Source: Rebecca billardiae RCC1528 (Eukaryota > Protista > Haptophyta). From it: a stretch of 64,000 nt of DNA. A model generated the notes under the pieces. The model made no database searches and had not been told where the DNA came from. It was given only the letters and a program-made list of their open reading frames with translations. Below, in pieces: positions 11,813 to 22,458 of this stretch. Location of the stretch: positions 806,001-870,000 of the forward strand of contig OZ251247.1 in assembly GCA_965240325.2 (NCBI GenBank). The letters run 5' to 3'. The translations under genes were made by a program, and so were the position numbers. Numbering within the stretch: position 1 is the first letter of the stretch; every line of letters begins with the position of its first letter.

Positions 11813-13327
11813 ATGGCACCGACGACACGGCATCAGCGCGCAGAGCGGGCGCTCCGGCTGACACACCTGCCGCCCGACCTGCTCGGGCGCGTCCTCCGCC
11901 ACCTGGATGGCGTGGCCGACCTCGCCGCCGCGAACGGGGCCTCGCGCCTCCTCGACACTCCCGTCGAGCACGCGCTGCGCGAGCGCGCGAGAACGCGCGG
12001 GCACGCGCGCGCGCTGCCGGCGGCGCTGCCTTCCGGCACGCGCACGTGGAAGGGGGAGCTGTTTTCGCGCGAGCGCGTGCTGCAGCTGGCGCGTGCGCAC
12101 GCCTGCGTCGTCGCAGCTGGCGCAGGCTGCCCGGAGGCGCCTCCCTTCAGCGCGTTTGTGGACGCGGACGGCGCCGTGTACGCGTGCGGCGACGAACGAG
12201 ACTGGGGCGTTCTGACTTGCCCGCTGGCGACCGGCCTCCGCGAGGCGCTCGACGCGGAGCCGTCGGGCGGCTCGGGCGTGCCCTCGCCGGCGCGTGTGCC
12301 CTCGCTCTCGTCTGTGCGCGTGCGCTCCGTGGCCGCAGGCTCGGATCACCTGCTCGCGCTGAGCGAGGCTGGGACAGTGTACGCGTGCGGCAACAACGAC
12401 TTGGGCCAGCTCGGGCTGGGGGACGAAGAAGGGGTCGACAAGTTCGCGTTCGCGCCTGTACGAGGGCTGTCGAGTGAGGTCGTCGTCGGCATCGCCGCCA
12501 TGCTGGACCACAGCCTCGCGCTCACGGCCGCGGGCTGTGCGTACAGCTGGGGCCTCAACTGGTCCGGCCAGCTCGGCCACGGCGACACAGAGCAGCGGTG
12601 GGAGCCGACGTGCATCGAGGCGCTGGACGGCGTGCGCGTGGGCGGCGTGGCTGCGGGCGCCAGCCACACGCTGCTGCTGGCCGCGCGCGGCGCCGTCTAC
12701 TCGTGCGGCGCTGGCTCGGACGGCCAGCTCGGCCACCGCAACTGTCAGGATCAGCTCACGCCGAGGCGCATCGAGGCGCTCGCGGGTGTGCGCGCCGTGC
12801 ACGTGAGCGCCGGTGCTAAGCACAGCCTGGTGGTGGACGCGGCGGGCAAGGTGTACTCGTTCGGCGTCCCCCGTGCCAGGTCATGCCGGTCCAACCGCGG
12901 GCGTCCGTTGAAGCACCTGCTGGTGCCCAGACGAGTGGACGGCCTCGGGCGCGTGCACGCGGTGCGCGTGTGCGCAGGCTCATTCTGTAGCGCCGTCGTC
13001 GGCGCGGATGGCAGTGTGCACACGTTCGGGACCAACGACCTTGGTCGGCTGGGCCTGGGCACCAGCACAGCGCAGAACCCGGACCCAACGCTCGTGGAGG
13101 CGCTGGGGCACGCGCGGGTGCCGAGCTGCGTATTCGGCGAGACGCACACGCTGTTCGTCACTGCTGACGGCAGCGTGTATTCGTGCGGCGAGCGCTCGGC
13201 TGCGCTCGGCCTGGGCGTCACGAGCGCCGAGCCGGACGAGGACTCCGGCGAGCTCTCGTCGTGGGACGATGACGATGACGCCAAGGCAGTCCCTGAGCCG
13301 ACGTTGGTGCCAGACATGATCTGCTGA
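11813..13327 (+). CDS. F-box-like + RCC1-repeat protein, copy 3
   Basis: 3' half nearly identical to copy 2. A small indel in the last codons shortens the tail (PDMIC* vs PDMLLLMVAD*). Confidence 0.88.
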   Translation: MAPTTRHQRAERALRLTHLPPDLLGRVLRHLDGVADLAAANGASRLLDTPVEHALRERARTRGHARALPAALPSGTRTWKGELFSRERVLQLARAHACVVAAGAGCPEAPPFSAFVDADGAVYACGDERDWGVLTCPLATGLREALDAEPSGGSGVPSPARVPSLSSVRVRSVAAGSDHLLALSEAGTVYACGNNDLGQLGLGDEEGVDKFAFAPVRGLSSEVVVGIAAMLDHSLALTAAGCAYSWGLNWSGQLGHGDTEQRWEPTCIEALDGVRVGGVAAGASHTLLLAARGAVYSCGAGSDGQLGHRNCQDQLTPRRIEALAGVRAVHVSAGAKHSLVVDAAGKVYSFGVPRARSCRSNRGRPLKHLLVPRRVDGLGRVHAVRVCAGSFCSAVVGADGSVHTFGTNDLGRLGLGTSTAQNPDPTLVEALGHARVPSCVFGETHTLFVTADGSVYSCGERSAALGLGVTSAEPDEDSGELSSWDDDDDAKAVPEPTLVPDMIC

Positions 13328-13649
13328 TGGCGGCGGCGTTCTGGCGGCATCGTCCGCTGCTACATGATACATGTGGGGCGGTAGTCGCCCGGTAACAGTA
13401 AACAGTTCGTACGGCGTAGTTAGCACTACTCAGTCACGGCGGGACAGCAGCCCTGTGACAGCCTCAGCCACATCCATCTGGCGCAGTGACAAACAACTGA
13501 GGGCCGTGCAGTGAGTCCTGACCGGGCGGCCGAACCGGAAGAACCGCCGCGCGAGAAGGGCGAGGGACACGGGGCCAACGCGACAGCCACTCTGGAACTC
13601 GGCCAGCAGCGCTTGACGCGCAGCAGCGCAGATCGAATAAGTGCGAGCG

Positions 13650-15188
13650 ATGGCACCCACGACACGGCATCAGCGCGCAGAGCGGGCGCTCCGGCTGACC
13701 CACCTGCCGCCCGACTTGCTCGGGCGCGTCCTCCGCCACCTGGACAGCGTGGCCGACCTCGCCGCCGCGAACGGGGCCTCGCGCCTCCTCGGCACTCCCG
13801 TCGAGCACGCGCTGCGCGAGCGCGCGAGCGCGCGCGGGCACGATCGCGCGCTGCCGGCGGCGCTGCCCTCGGGCGTGCGCACGTGGAAGGCGGAGCTTTT
13901 CGCGCGCGAGCGCGTGCTGCAGCTGGCGCGAACGCACACATGCGTCGTCGCAGCCGCCGCAGGCAGCCCGGAGGCGGCTCCCTTCAGCGCGTTTGTGGAC
14001 GCGGACGGCGCCGTGCACGCGTGCGGCGAATCGTGCATTGAAGATCGGCTGATGGGCATCCGGAGGTGCCCGCTGGCGACCGGTCTCTGCGAGGGTCTCG
14101 ACCTGTTTGAAGGGCCGGCCGAGCCCTCGCCGACGCGCGTGCCCTCGCTCTCGTCCGTGCGCGTGCGCGCTGTGGCGGCAGGTTCGGAGCACCTGCTCGC
14201 GCTAGGCGAGGCAGGCGCCGTGTACGCCTGTGGCAAGAACGGTGACGGGCAGCTCGGGCTGGGGGACTCGAAGGAGCGGAGCTCGTTCGCTCCGGTGCGA
14301 GGGCTGGCGAGTGAAGTCGTCGTTGGCATCGCCGCCAAGTTTGACCACAGCCTGGCGCTCAGCGCCGCTGGCTGCGCGTACAGCTGGGGCCACAACGAGT
14401 GGGGCCAGCTCGGCCACGGCGACACGGAGCAGCGGTTGAAGCCGACGCGCATCGAGGCGCTGGACGGCGTGCGCGTGGGCGGCGTGGCCGCGGGCGCTGA
14501 CCACACGTTACTGCTCTCTGCGCATGGCGCCGTCTATTCGTGCGGCCACGGCTACTACGGCGCTCTCGGCAACAGCGACCAGCAGAATCAGCTCATGCCG
14601 AGGCGCATCAAGAGCCTTGCGCGCGTGCGCGCCGTGCACGTGAGCGCGGGTGTTGCGCTCAGCCTGGTGGTGGACGCGGCAGGCAGGGTATACGCGTTCG
14701 GCGGCTTCGATGGCGTTTACATAGCATCCCGGCTCTTCGGCGGGCGTGTTCGGCGCATCCAGCGTGTCCCCAGGCTGGTGGACTGCCTCTGCCGCGTGCG
14801 CGCGGTGCGCGTGTGGGCGGGCACGTCGACCTGCGCAGTCGTCGGGGCGGATGGCAGCGTGCACACGTTCGGGAGCAACGAGCATGGCCAGCTGGGCCTG
14901 GGCACCGCCACCGAGGAGACCCTGGGCCCAGAGCGCGTGGTGGCTCTGGGGCACGCGCGGGTGGTGAGCTGCGCGTTCGGCGAGGCGCACGCGCTGTTCG
15001 TCACTGCGGACGGCAGCGTGTATTCGTGCGGCGAGCGGTCGGCTGCGCTCGGCCTGGGCGTCACGAGCGCCGAGCCGGCCTTGCACGCATTCAATTATGA
15101 GGACGAGGACGCCAGCGAGCAGCCCGTGTTTGATGGCGGTGATGACTACGAGCCCGTCATCGTGCCAACGATGCGGTGCCCAGCGTGA
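13650..15188 (+). CDS. F-box-like + RCC1-repeat protein, copy 4
   Basis: N-terminus essentially identical to copy 1; RCC1 repeats; altered extreme C-terminus. Confidence 0.88.
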   Translation: MAPTTRHQRAERALRLTHLPPDLLGRVLRHLDSVADLAAANGASRLLGTPVEHALRERASARGHDRALPAALPSGVRTWKAELFARERVLQLARTHTCVVAAAAGSPEAAPFSAFVDADGAVHACGESCIEDRLMGIRRCPLATGLCEGLDLFEGPAEPSPTRVPSLSSVRVRAVAAGSEHLLALGEAGAVYACGKNGDGQLGLGDSKERSSFAPVRGLASEVVVGIAAKFDHSLALSAAGCAYSWGHNEWGQLGHGDTEQRLKPTRIEALDGVRVGGVAAGADHTLLLSAHGAVYSCGHGYYGALGNSDQQNQLMPRRIKSLARVRAVHVSAGVALSLVVDAAGRVYAFGGFDGVYIASRLFGGRVRRIQRVPRLVDCLCRVRAVRVWAGTSTCAVVGADGSVHTFGSNEHGQLGLGTATEETLGPERVVALGHARVVSCAFGEAHALFVTADGSVYSCGERSAALGLGVTSAEPALHAFNYEDEDASEQPVFDGGDDYEPVIVPTMRCPA

Positions 15189-15396
15189 CCTGCTGATTAC
15201 ATTTCCGCGCGCCCGGGTCGCAGGCGGATGACGACGATATGATGGCGCGATGATGATGACGACTGCTACGCGCGACGACGATCGTCGCTCGGCCTCGCGG
15301 CTCGCTCGCGCGCGTCGATCGTCGTGCCGCGATGATGTAGTGATGACATACTTGCATGTTGGCGCGGGGCGCTACCGGGGCGTGGCGCGGTACTAT

Positions 15397-15424
15397 ATCT
15401 CTCTCTCTCTCTCTCTCTCTCTCG
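15397..15424 (+). repeat. (CT)n microsatellite
   Basis: Read directly. Confidence 0.9.
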
Positions 15425-17477
15425 ACGGCAGCATTGTCAGTCTAATGTCACAGTCCGCTATGAGTATGAGACATGAGTCTCATCAGCATCGTCATGGCAT
15501 CGTCGTAGTCCGACTGCTGATCCGCGACTACTGCTAACATATATAGTCTAATAAGCCGCGCAGCGCAGGTGGATCGCGCTCCAGCAGCTCAAGGCCGCGC
15601 TGCTCAAGCCATTCGATCACGGTTCAGGCTATGCTCTGCCACCAGCGCCGACTTCGTGTCGACCGGATCGGGTACTGCCCGGACGACGTGAATCAGGAGA
15701 CCTGCGCCGTCCTACCTGTGTCGTTAAATCATATATATAGCAGAATGTATATGGCGGGCCGTAGGTCCGCCCCTTGTAGTGCCCGGGAAAAGGATAAGAA
15801 AAAGAAAAGGAAAAAAGAAAATCGCCTCGCAGAGAAAAGAAAATCGCTTCGCTCACTACCGGGCGCCCTCGCAGCTCCCACTGGGGACGCTCGGCCGAAA
15901 ACAACAGACGCATGGCGCGGAGCGCATGGGCCGCGCGCGCCAAATCCAACGCCGGCGCGGACATCGCGCGAGGATTTCCTAGACGGGTTTTCGCCCGATT
16001 CGCGATTGCTGCCGTCGTCGTCTCGCGTGCAGGTCGAACGAGGGCCAAAGTCGACGCGTTTGGAGGTACGCTCGGCGCGTCGACACGATCGTGCGACCTG
16101 GGGCGGTCCTCGCCCGACTTGCACGTTGAGCGCTCGCACCAGCCATAGTAGCAAGCGCTGCGCACGATGGCCGCCTCGCGCGATTCACCGCCGCGCGTCG
16201 GGCTCGGTGCGGAAAGGCCCTCATCACGAGGTGTCTCGCGGGCGGGAAGCGCCATCGCACGCGACGCAAGATTTGGCGCGGCCTTCCGAACTCGATCGCC
16301 GGAATCCGCGCACCGGACAGTCCGGACTGTCTGTCGCGGTCCCTCAGCCGAAGCCCACGTCCGGCCTGCATGGCGTCGACGGTGACCAATGCGACGGAAG
16401 CGCAGCGCCAACGGCGTACGACGCGCAGCGGACGCACCTCCCGGGTCTGTCGCCGTGGCAGCAACCGCGTCATCGCGAGTTGGCGACCCTCGCCGCAGCG
16501 CGACACAGACAAGCCCGTGATGCCATCCGCAGAGAGATGAAACGTCGAGCATGCAACATCGCCGCGCCATGGCCTCGTCCATGGCGCAGGCGCTGCGGGA
16601 CGAGGCGGAAGTCGTCACGCCGGTGACGGATGCGCTGCGATTCGTGTGCTCGCGTGAGCAGCGCTTGCCCACTCTCGATCGCGAGTGGCACACGCTGTCG
16701 CTGTGCGCGCGCGCGCGCACAACCAACAGCTCCTCGTGCCGCCGAGCACGGGAGCGCCAGACCTGTCGAAGATGCGAAGAGCGACGACCGCGTGAACGTC
16801 AACGCGCTCGTGCTCAGCGTGGTGGCCGTGTACGACGTCAACGCGACCTGCGCCGAGCCCATCATGCCTGGAGCCGACATCGACAAGCATCCTCGCGACG
16901 ACCGCTCTCGGCTGGCGGCATTAGGAGGACATGCACATGATCTACTCTGGCGGCTTCGTCGGCGGCGAGGCGCTCGATTACGCCATCGCGGTCGAGATGC
17001 GGCACATACAGCGCGTACCCGCGCTCGCGCGGAGCAACGGGCTACCCGCCCCGCCCCGCGTGCTGCACATTCCCTCGTGGAGGTGGGCCTCGCTGATGCG
17101 CATATACAATACTCTAAGAGTACAGATGACCGTGAATAAACGTGAGTGTACATCACGTCGGGGAGCCAACTTCACGTGTCACTGGTCCTTGCACTCGACT
17201 GTCCGTCACCCACGGCCACGAGCGAATGTGGAAAGACGCGAACCCGCAAAGGATACATTGCGACAGCACTGGCACGGCCCGCCGACCCCCCCGCCCGCCA
17301 GGGCACAGTGACAGTTTATATATGACGAGTATATATATCACAGTGCCGGATTGGAATTTTCCATGACGCTTCGGACGGTCCGCAGCTCGAGTCAGCGAAT
17401 CCGGTCTCCGGGCCGGACAGTGGAACTCGATCGGGTGGAAGCGGCGACGACTTTGCGGCGGACGGGACGGGTCAAAC

Positions 17478-18601
17478 CAAGGGTGTCCAGCGACAGGGTC
17501 CGCAACAGCCAGTGCGCAGCGCGGCAGAGGCTGTGACATCGCGAGGTCGCCGCTCGCCAGTCCGAGTGGGACTCGCCCGCCCGCCGCCGTGCACGGCGGC
17601 GGAGCCGCTCGCGCCGTGCGCTCCTGCGGCCGTCGGATCGGGCTGCGTAGGCGGCGCGCGGCTTGGGCCGTCGCTGAGCCACCCAGCGCCCCTCGCTGCG
17701 CCGCGCGCCTTCCTCGTCCTCGCCTCCTCCGCGCCTTGAAGCAGCACGCACACGCGCGGCGCCGCCACAAAAGCAGCGCAGGCGCTCGCGTGCAAGCGCG
17801 CGCGCGCAGCGCGCGACGGGCTCGACTCAGGGCTCGCGCCGCTGCGGGGGCATGCAGCACCATCACATGCGCGCGCGACGCCACCTCGAACTTGCGCATC
17901 GCTGTGACCGTTACGCGCCAAATGCTCACACGTCCTCGTGTTGAAGTAGGCCCAATCTGACCAGAACCTGCCATGCGTCAGGACGACTTCTTAGGCAAGA
18001 CACGATGACAGCTACGTACGCGGCGCTTCTCAGCAAGCGTGGAGACCACAAGAGAAGCGCACGCAAGCATGACCGTCCCCGCATCGATCGCGTCGACGTA
18101 CTCAAGGCCCGTTGTGGAAGCTTCCGTCGCACGTGTGTTGATGCCAAGTCAGACCATTTTGTAACGTGCATCAGCGTGCACTGACGGTCAAACGCGCAGG
18201 CTCGAGGTGGCGTCGCGCGCGCATGTGATAGCACTGCATGTCCCCGCAGAGGCTCGAACACCGAGTCGAGTCCGTCGTGCGCTGCGCGCGCGCGCTTGCA
18301 CGCGAGCGCCTGCGCTGCTTTTGTGGCGGCGCCGCGCGTGTGCGTGCTGCTTCAAGGCGCGGAGGAGGCGAGGACGAGGAAGGCGCGCGGCGCAGCGAGG
18401 GGCGCTGGGTGGCTCAGCGACGGCCCAAGCCGCGCGCCGCCTACGCAGCCCGATCCGACGGCCGCAGGAGCGCACGGCGCGAGCGGCTCCGCCGCCGTGC
18501 ACGGCGGCGGGCGGGCGAGTCCCACTGGCGAGCGGCGACCTGCCTCTTCCCCAGCCTCTGCCGCGCTGCGCACTGGCTGTTGCGGACCCTGGACACCCTT
18601 G
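17478..18601. mobile_element. Non-autonomous foldback DNA transposon with ~420-bp inverted arms (P/Galileo-like)
   Basis: Arms ~17478-17897 and ~18194-18601 are near-perfect reverse complements. Termini CAAGGGTGTCC...GGACACCCTTG. The 7-bp direct repeat GTCAAAC flanks both ends (17471-17477, 18602-18608). No transposase. Confidence 0.8.
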
Positions 18602-19585
18602 GTCAAACGAGCGGCTGCCTCGGCTCGCGGCGCGATCTACTCGGCCAAGGCCGACGAGGCTGCTCGCGGGCCCGACTATGCGTCGACGCGGGCTGGGGTC
18701 GTCTTCCGCGTGGCGCTGGGCAAGTTCCTCGCCGCCCTGACGGGTGCTCTCCTTTCGCCCTCACTGCGCGCGCGGTGCGAGCGCGCCGCGGCCCGCATGC
18801 GCCGCGCGCGGTTGCGCCCGAGCCTGATGATGCTTCAGTCGACACGGCAGGTGGCTCGCGCAGGGTGGGATTGTGCGCGGGTGCCGCTGGCAGTGCGTCT
18901 CTCCCTCCTGGGTTTGCAGGAGAGGCGGCTAGTTTGCACCGTGTACACTGAACTGCGCCCGCCGGCGCGACCCGCGATTGCTCCGCGTCGCGCAGTTGAC
19001 TGGCGACCTCGAGCGAGCCTGGGGCGTGGAGGCGACCGACGGCGGGGTGCGACTTGCCCACCGACCCGGGCCGCATCACCCAGCGCAGCCTCGCCCGCGA
19101 CGACGCTTCGCCTGGCTGCCACTGCTCAGCCGCGTGCCCGGCGGGCCGGGCGACGTCTTAGTCCGATAGTGCCGAGCGCGGCTGCAGCGCAGCACGCGAG
19201 AGGCTGGAGCGCCATGACGCGGATGGCGGAGCGGGCTTTGGGCTGGCTGGCATGAGCCGCCAGGCTGTACCGTCCGCGCAGATCGCGCTCGGCCCGGCCG
19301 CAGCCCTCCTGAGCGCGCGCCTCAGAGCTGAGACTGATCCGACGGACAGGCGGGCGCACGCACAGCACAACCTAGTTTATTTCCGGCAAGCTGCGACCTA
19401 TATCGTATATACGGTATATATACGCAATAATAATAATTCATCGCGTCATATCATCAGCAGCAGCGCAGCAGTATATATATATATATATATATGCTGTATA
19501 TATATATACCAGTCAGTCGTCATGCGCACATGACCATGAGTCCCGTAGCAGTCGTCAGTCTAAGCAGTCGTAGTGATCTAGCTCA

Positions 19586-20507
19586 GGCCTGTTTTATTTC
19601 TACGAGAGCCCAACGGCGACATTCGCCAAAACGCGGTACAATGGCGGCTTGCCCGCTTGTGGTGGGTACCGGCGTGATTGCGGAGTAGTGATGGCACGTC
19701 GTTGGCGCATGTTTGTACTAGGGCGCTGAGCTGTAGCGAAAGATCGATCATGCCAAGGCTTGCTGCTAAGCCTTGCCATGGTGCTTCGCCATGACACAGA
19801 GGTCACTCGCAGCGCACGGCAGTGTGACGATCGCCGCGCCGCGGCGGCAAACCGCGGTTGCGGGCGCGCTGCAAGCTGCAAGCACTCTGCCTTGGCTGCG
19901 TCGCGCCCGTGTCAGTTGGTGAACCAGGATTGTTGAACGGCAGATGGACCGTGCAAACGATACCAGCTCTACTCGCTCCGCCACCACTTCCTTGTCGAGC
20001 GTGAGATGTTTCCGTTGCGTGCGCTCGCATGCAGCTTGCCGCCTGCATTTGAACGTGGTCACGGCAGGTTGGTGGGCCGGTTGTTCAGGCCTCCTCGGCG
20101 TAGATGACGACAAGGTGCGTGCCGCGCGCACCCATGGCGCGCGGAAAGGCGTGCACACGCGTCATCGCGCATCTGGCAGGCTGCAGTCTTGGCCAAGATG
20201 ATGAGAACATAAGCCGACTGCCAGTGCCTCACCACGCGGGCGCGAGCGCGCAGAGAGATCTGGCTAGTCTGACCCGTGCTCTTCAGTGTACCTCGTGTGC
20301 GACGACAACGAGGCGGACGAGCGCCGCAACTGGATTCGTGCACTCACCGGTCACCGAGGAGTGCACGAATCGCATTCCTCACGCACGTGGGGGCCGCCAT
20401 CGGCCGTGAGAGGTACACTGAACGGGGCGTGACACCGATTCCCACTGGCGGGCACGGGTTTGTCGCCGTGACATAGTAAATGGAATCTGGTAGAAATAAA
20501 ACAGGCC
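19586..20507. mobile_element. Non-autonomous TIR element, PIF/Harbinger (Tourist)-like
   Basis: Perfect 18-bp TIR GGCCTGTTTTATTTCTAC (19586-19603; reverse complement at 20490-20507), flanked by (C)TCA on both sides. Interior is lower in GC with no credible ORF. Confidence 0.78.
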
Positions 20508-20601
20508 CTCATCAATACGGACGTGTGCTGCTCGTCGGGCCTATGGCATGCACGAGTAGGATGACGACGATGATGACGCACGCACGATACGATGCCGCAC
20601 G

Positions 20602-21437
20602 TCACACTCGCTGCTCTGGCGGCGCCATCTCTGCCGCGCCGCTCGCCGCGGCGCGCGGCGGCGAGGGCGGACCGGGCGCGGCGCCCGCGTCGTCGCCCGC
20701 GGCGCCGCCCGCCTCCGCCGCGTCCTCCGCCTCCTCCTCGTACTCAGTCTCGTCATACTCGTCGTACTCGGCTTCGTCGTCCTCCTGCGCCAGCGCCGCA
20801 GCCACCGTCACCTCCGCCGCGGCGCGCGCGGCGCGCGCGACCGCGGCGGCGAACGGCGGCGGCGGGCCTCCGAGCAGCGCGAGCGCGTCGGCGGCTGCGG
20901 CGGCGGCGGCTGGGTGCGCGTGCGCGAACGCGGCGTCTGCGGAGTGGTCGCCCGCGCCCGCCGCGGCGCGCACCGCGGCGCGCACGCGCGGCAGCAGCTC
21001 GCGCACGCACTCGTTGACCGCCCGGACACCGGCCGCCTCGACGAGCGCGATCAGCCGCGCCCGGACCAGCATGGCGCCCGCCGCGTCCGCCGCGCCCTCC
21101 GCAAAAAACGTCGACGGGCGGAACGGCGCGGTCGTGCCCCGGACTGCCAGCATGGCGCCCGCCGCCGCCGCGTCCGCCGCGCCGGCGGACGCGTGGACGC
21201 CAACGCCGCCGCACGCCGCCGCGGCCGCCGCGGCCGCCGCGCCGCCGGCCGGTGGCGCCGGTAGCTGCAGCGGCCGCGGCGGCGAGGGCAGCGGCGGCGG
21301 CGTGCCCGGCGCGGCGGGCGGCGGCGGCGGGGACGGCGGCGGCGCGCGCGCGTTCGGGTTGGGCCAGCTGAGCTCCGCTGACGACCACATCACGTGGAAC
21401 GCGTCGACCGCGGCGATGAGAGACTGCCCGGACGCGC

Positions 21438-21468
<31 letters not shown>

Positions 21469-22427
21469 GGCAGCCGCGCCGCCGCCCCACCCGCCGAAGC
21501 CGCCGCCGCCGCGCTCGCGCGGCGACGGCAGCGGCGGCGGGGGGGACGGCGTCCGCGAGCGCGACGCGCGCGAGGTGGGGCGCCGCCCGGAGGTGGCGGC
21601 GCCGCCCGCGCACGCGCCCGCGCACGCGCCGCCGGCGCCAACACCCGGACCGGACCCACCGCCAACGCCGCCAGCCGGACTGGGGAGCACAAAGGCGCAC
21701 GGCAGCGCAAACTCGCCGCCGCCCGCCGGCCCGCCGCCGCCGGGCGCCGCGCAGCCGAGCGGCGCCGACGACGCGCCGGCGCCGGCGGCGGGAACACCGG
21801 CGGTAACGGCGGCGGCGCCGCCGCCGTCCGCGGCACTCGAGCCGCGCGCCGCCTCGCCGCCACCCGCCGACGCGCGCGCCGCCTCGCCGCCGCCCGCCGA
21901 CGCGGACGCGCGCGACGCGAGCGACGCCGCGGACCCTCGTGAGGAGGAGGCGCGGTGGAACCTTCCGGGAAAGTTCAGCGGGTTGAGGTTCTGCGCGAGG
22001 GCGGCGGCGAGGGACGGGCGACGTGGCGCCTCCGAGATTGCAATCTCGGCCGCCCGGCGTGGCGCGTGGTGCGGCAGCGCGGCGGCGGCGCCACCACCGC
22101 CGCCGCCGCTCGCGCCGGGCGGCGGCGGCGGCGGCTCGGCGGCGGCGGCGGCCGGCGGCGCGGCCGCGGGCCATGCTGCCGCGCCGCCGCCCGCGCCAGC
22201 GGTCGAGATTGCAATCTCGCCGCGGCGGCCGCCGAGCGGCGCCGGCGATTCGGGTCGGCTGCCGCCGCTGCACCGAGCGACGGGCGGCGACTCGGGCTGG
22301 CTGCCGCTGCCGCCAGCGCCGCCGCCGCCATGCTGGCTGCTGCCGCGCTCACAGCTGCCGCCGCTGCCGCGCTCGGCGCTGCTCCCGCCGAGATTGCAAT
22401 CTCGGCCGCCGCTGCCGCGCCCGCCGC

Positions 22428-22458
<31 letters not shown>

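Noticed and set aside
15730-17330. Possible transposon or decayed gene (A-rich tract, protein-like fragments at 16580-17140, 10-bp inverted match 15753/17274)
   Set aside because: No convincing TIR/TSD or recognisable domain; the fragments lie in different frames.
17363-19255. Reading frame restored by excising the foldback element (..RTGRVK-RAAASARGAIYSAKADE..)
   Set aside because: Open frames of this length are common at this GC content and no domain is recognisable.
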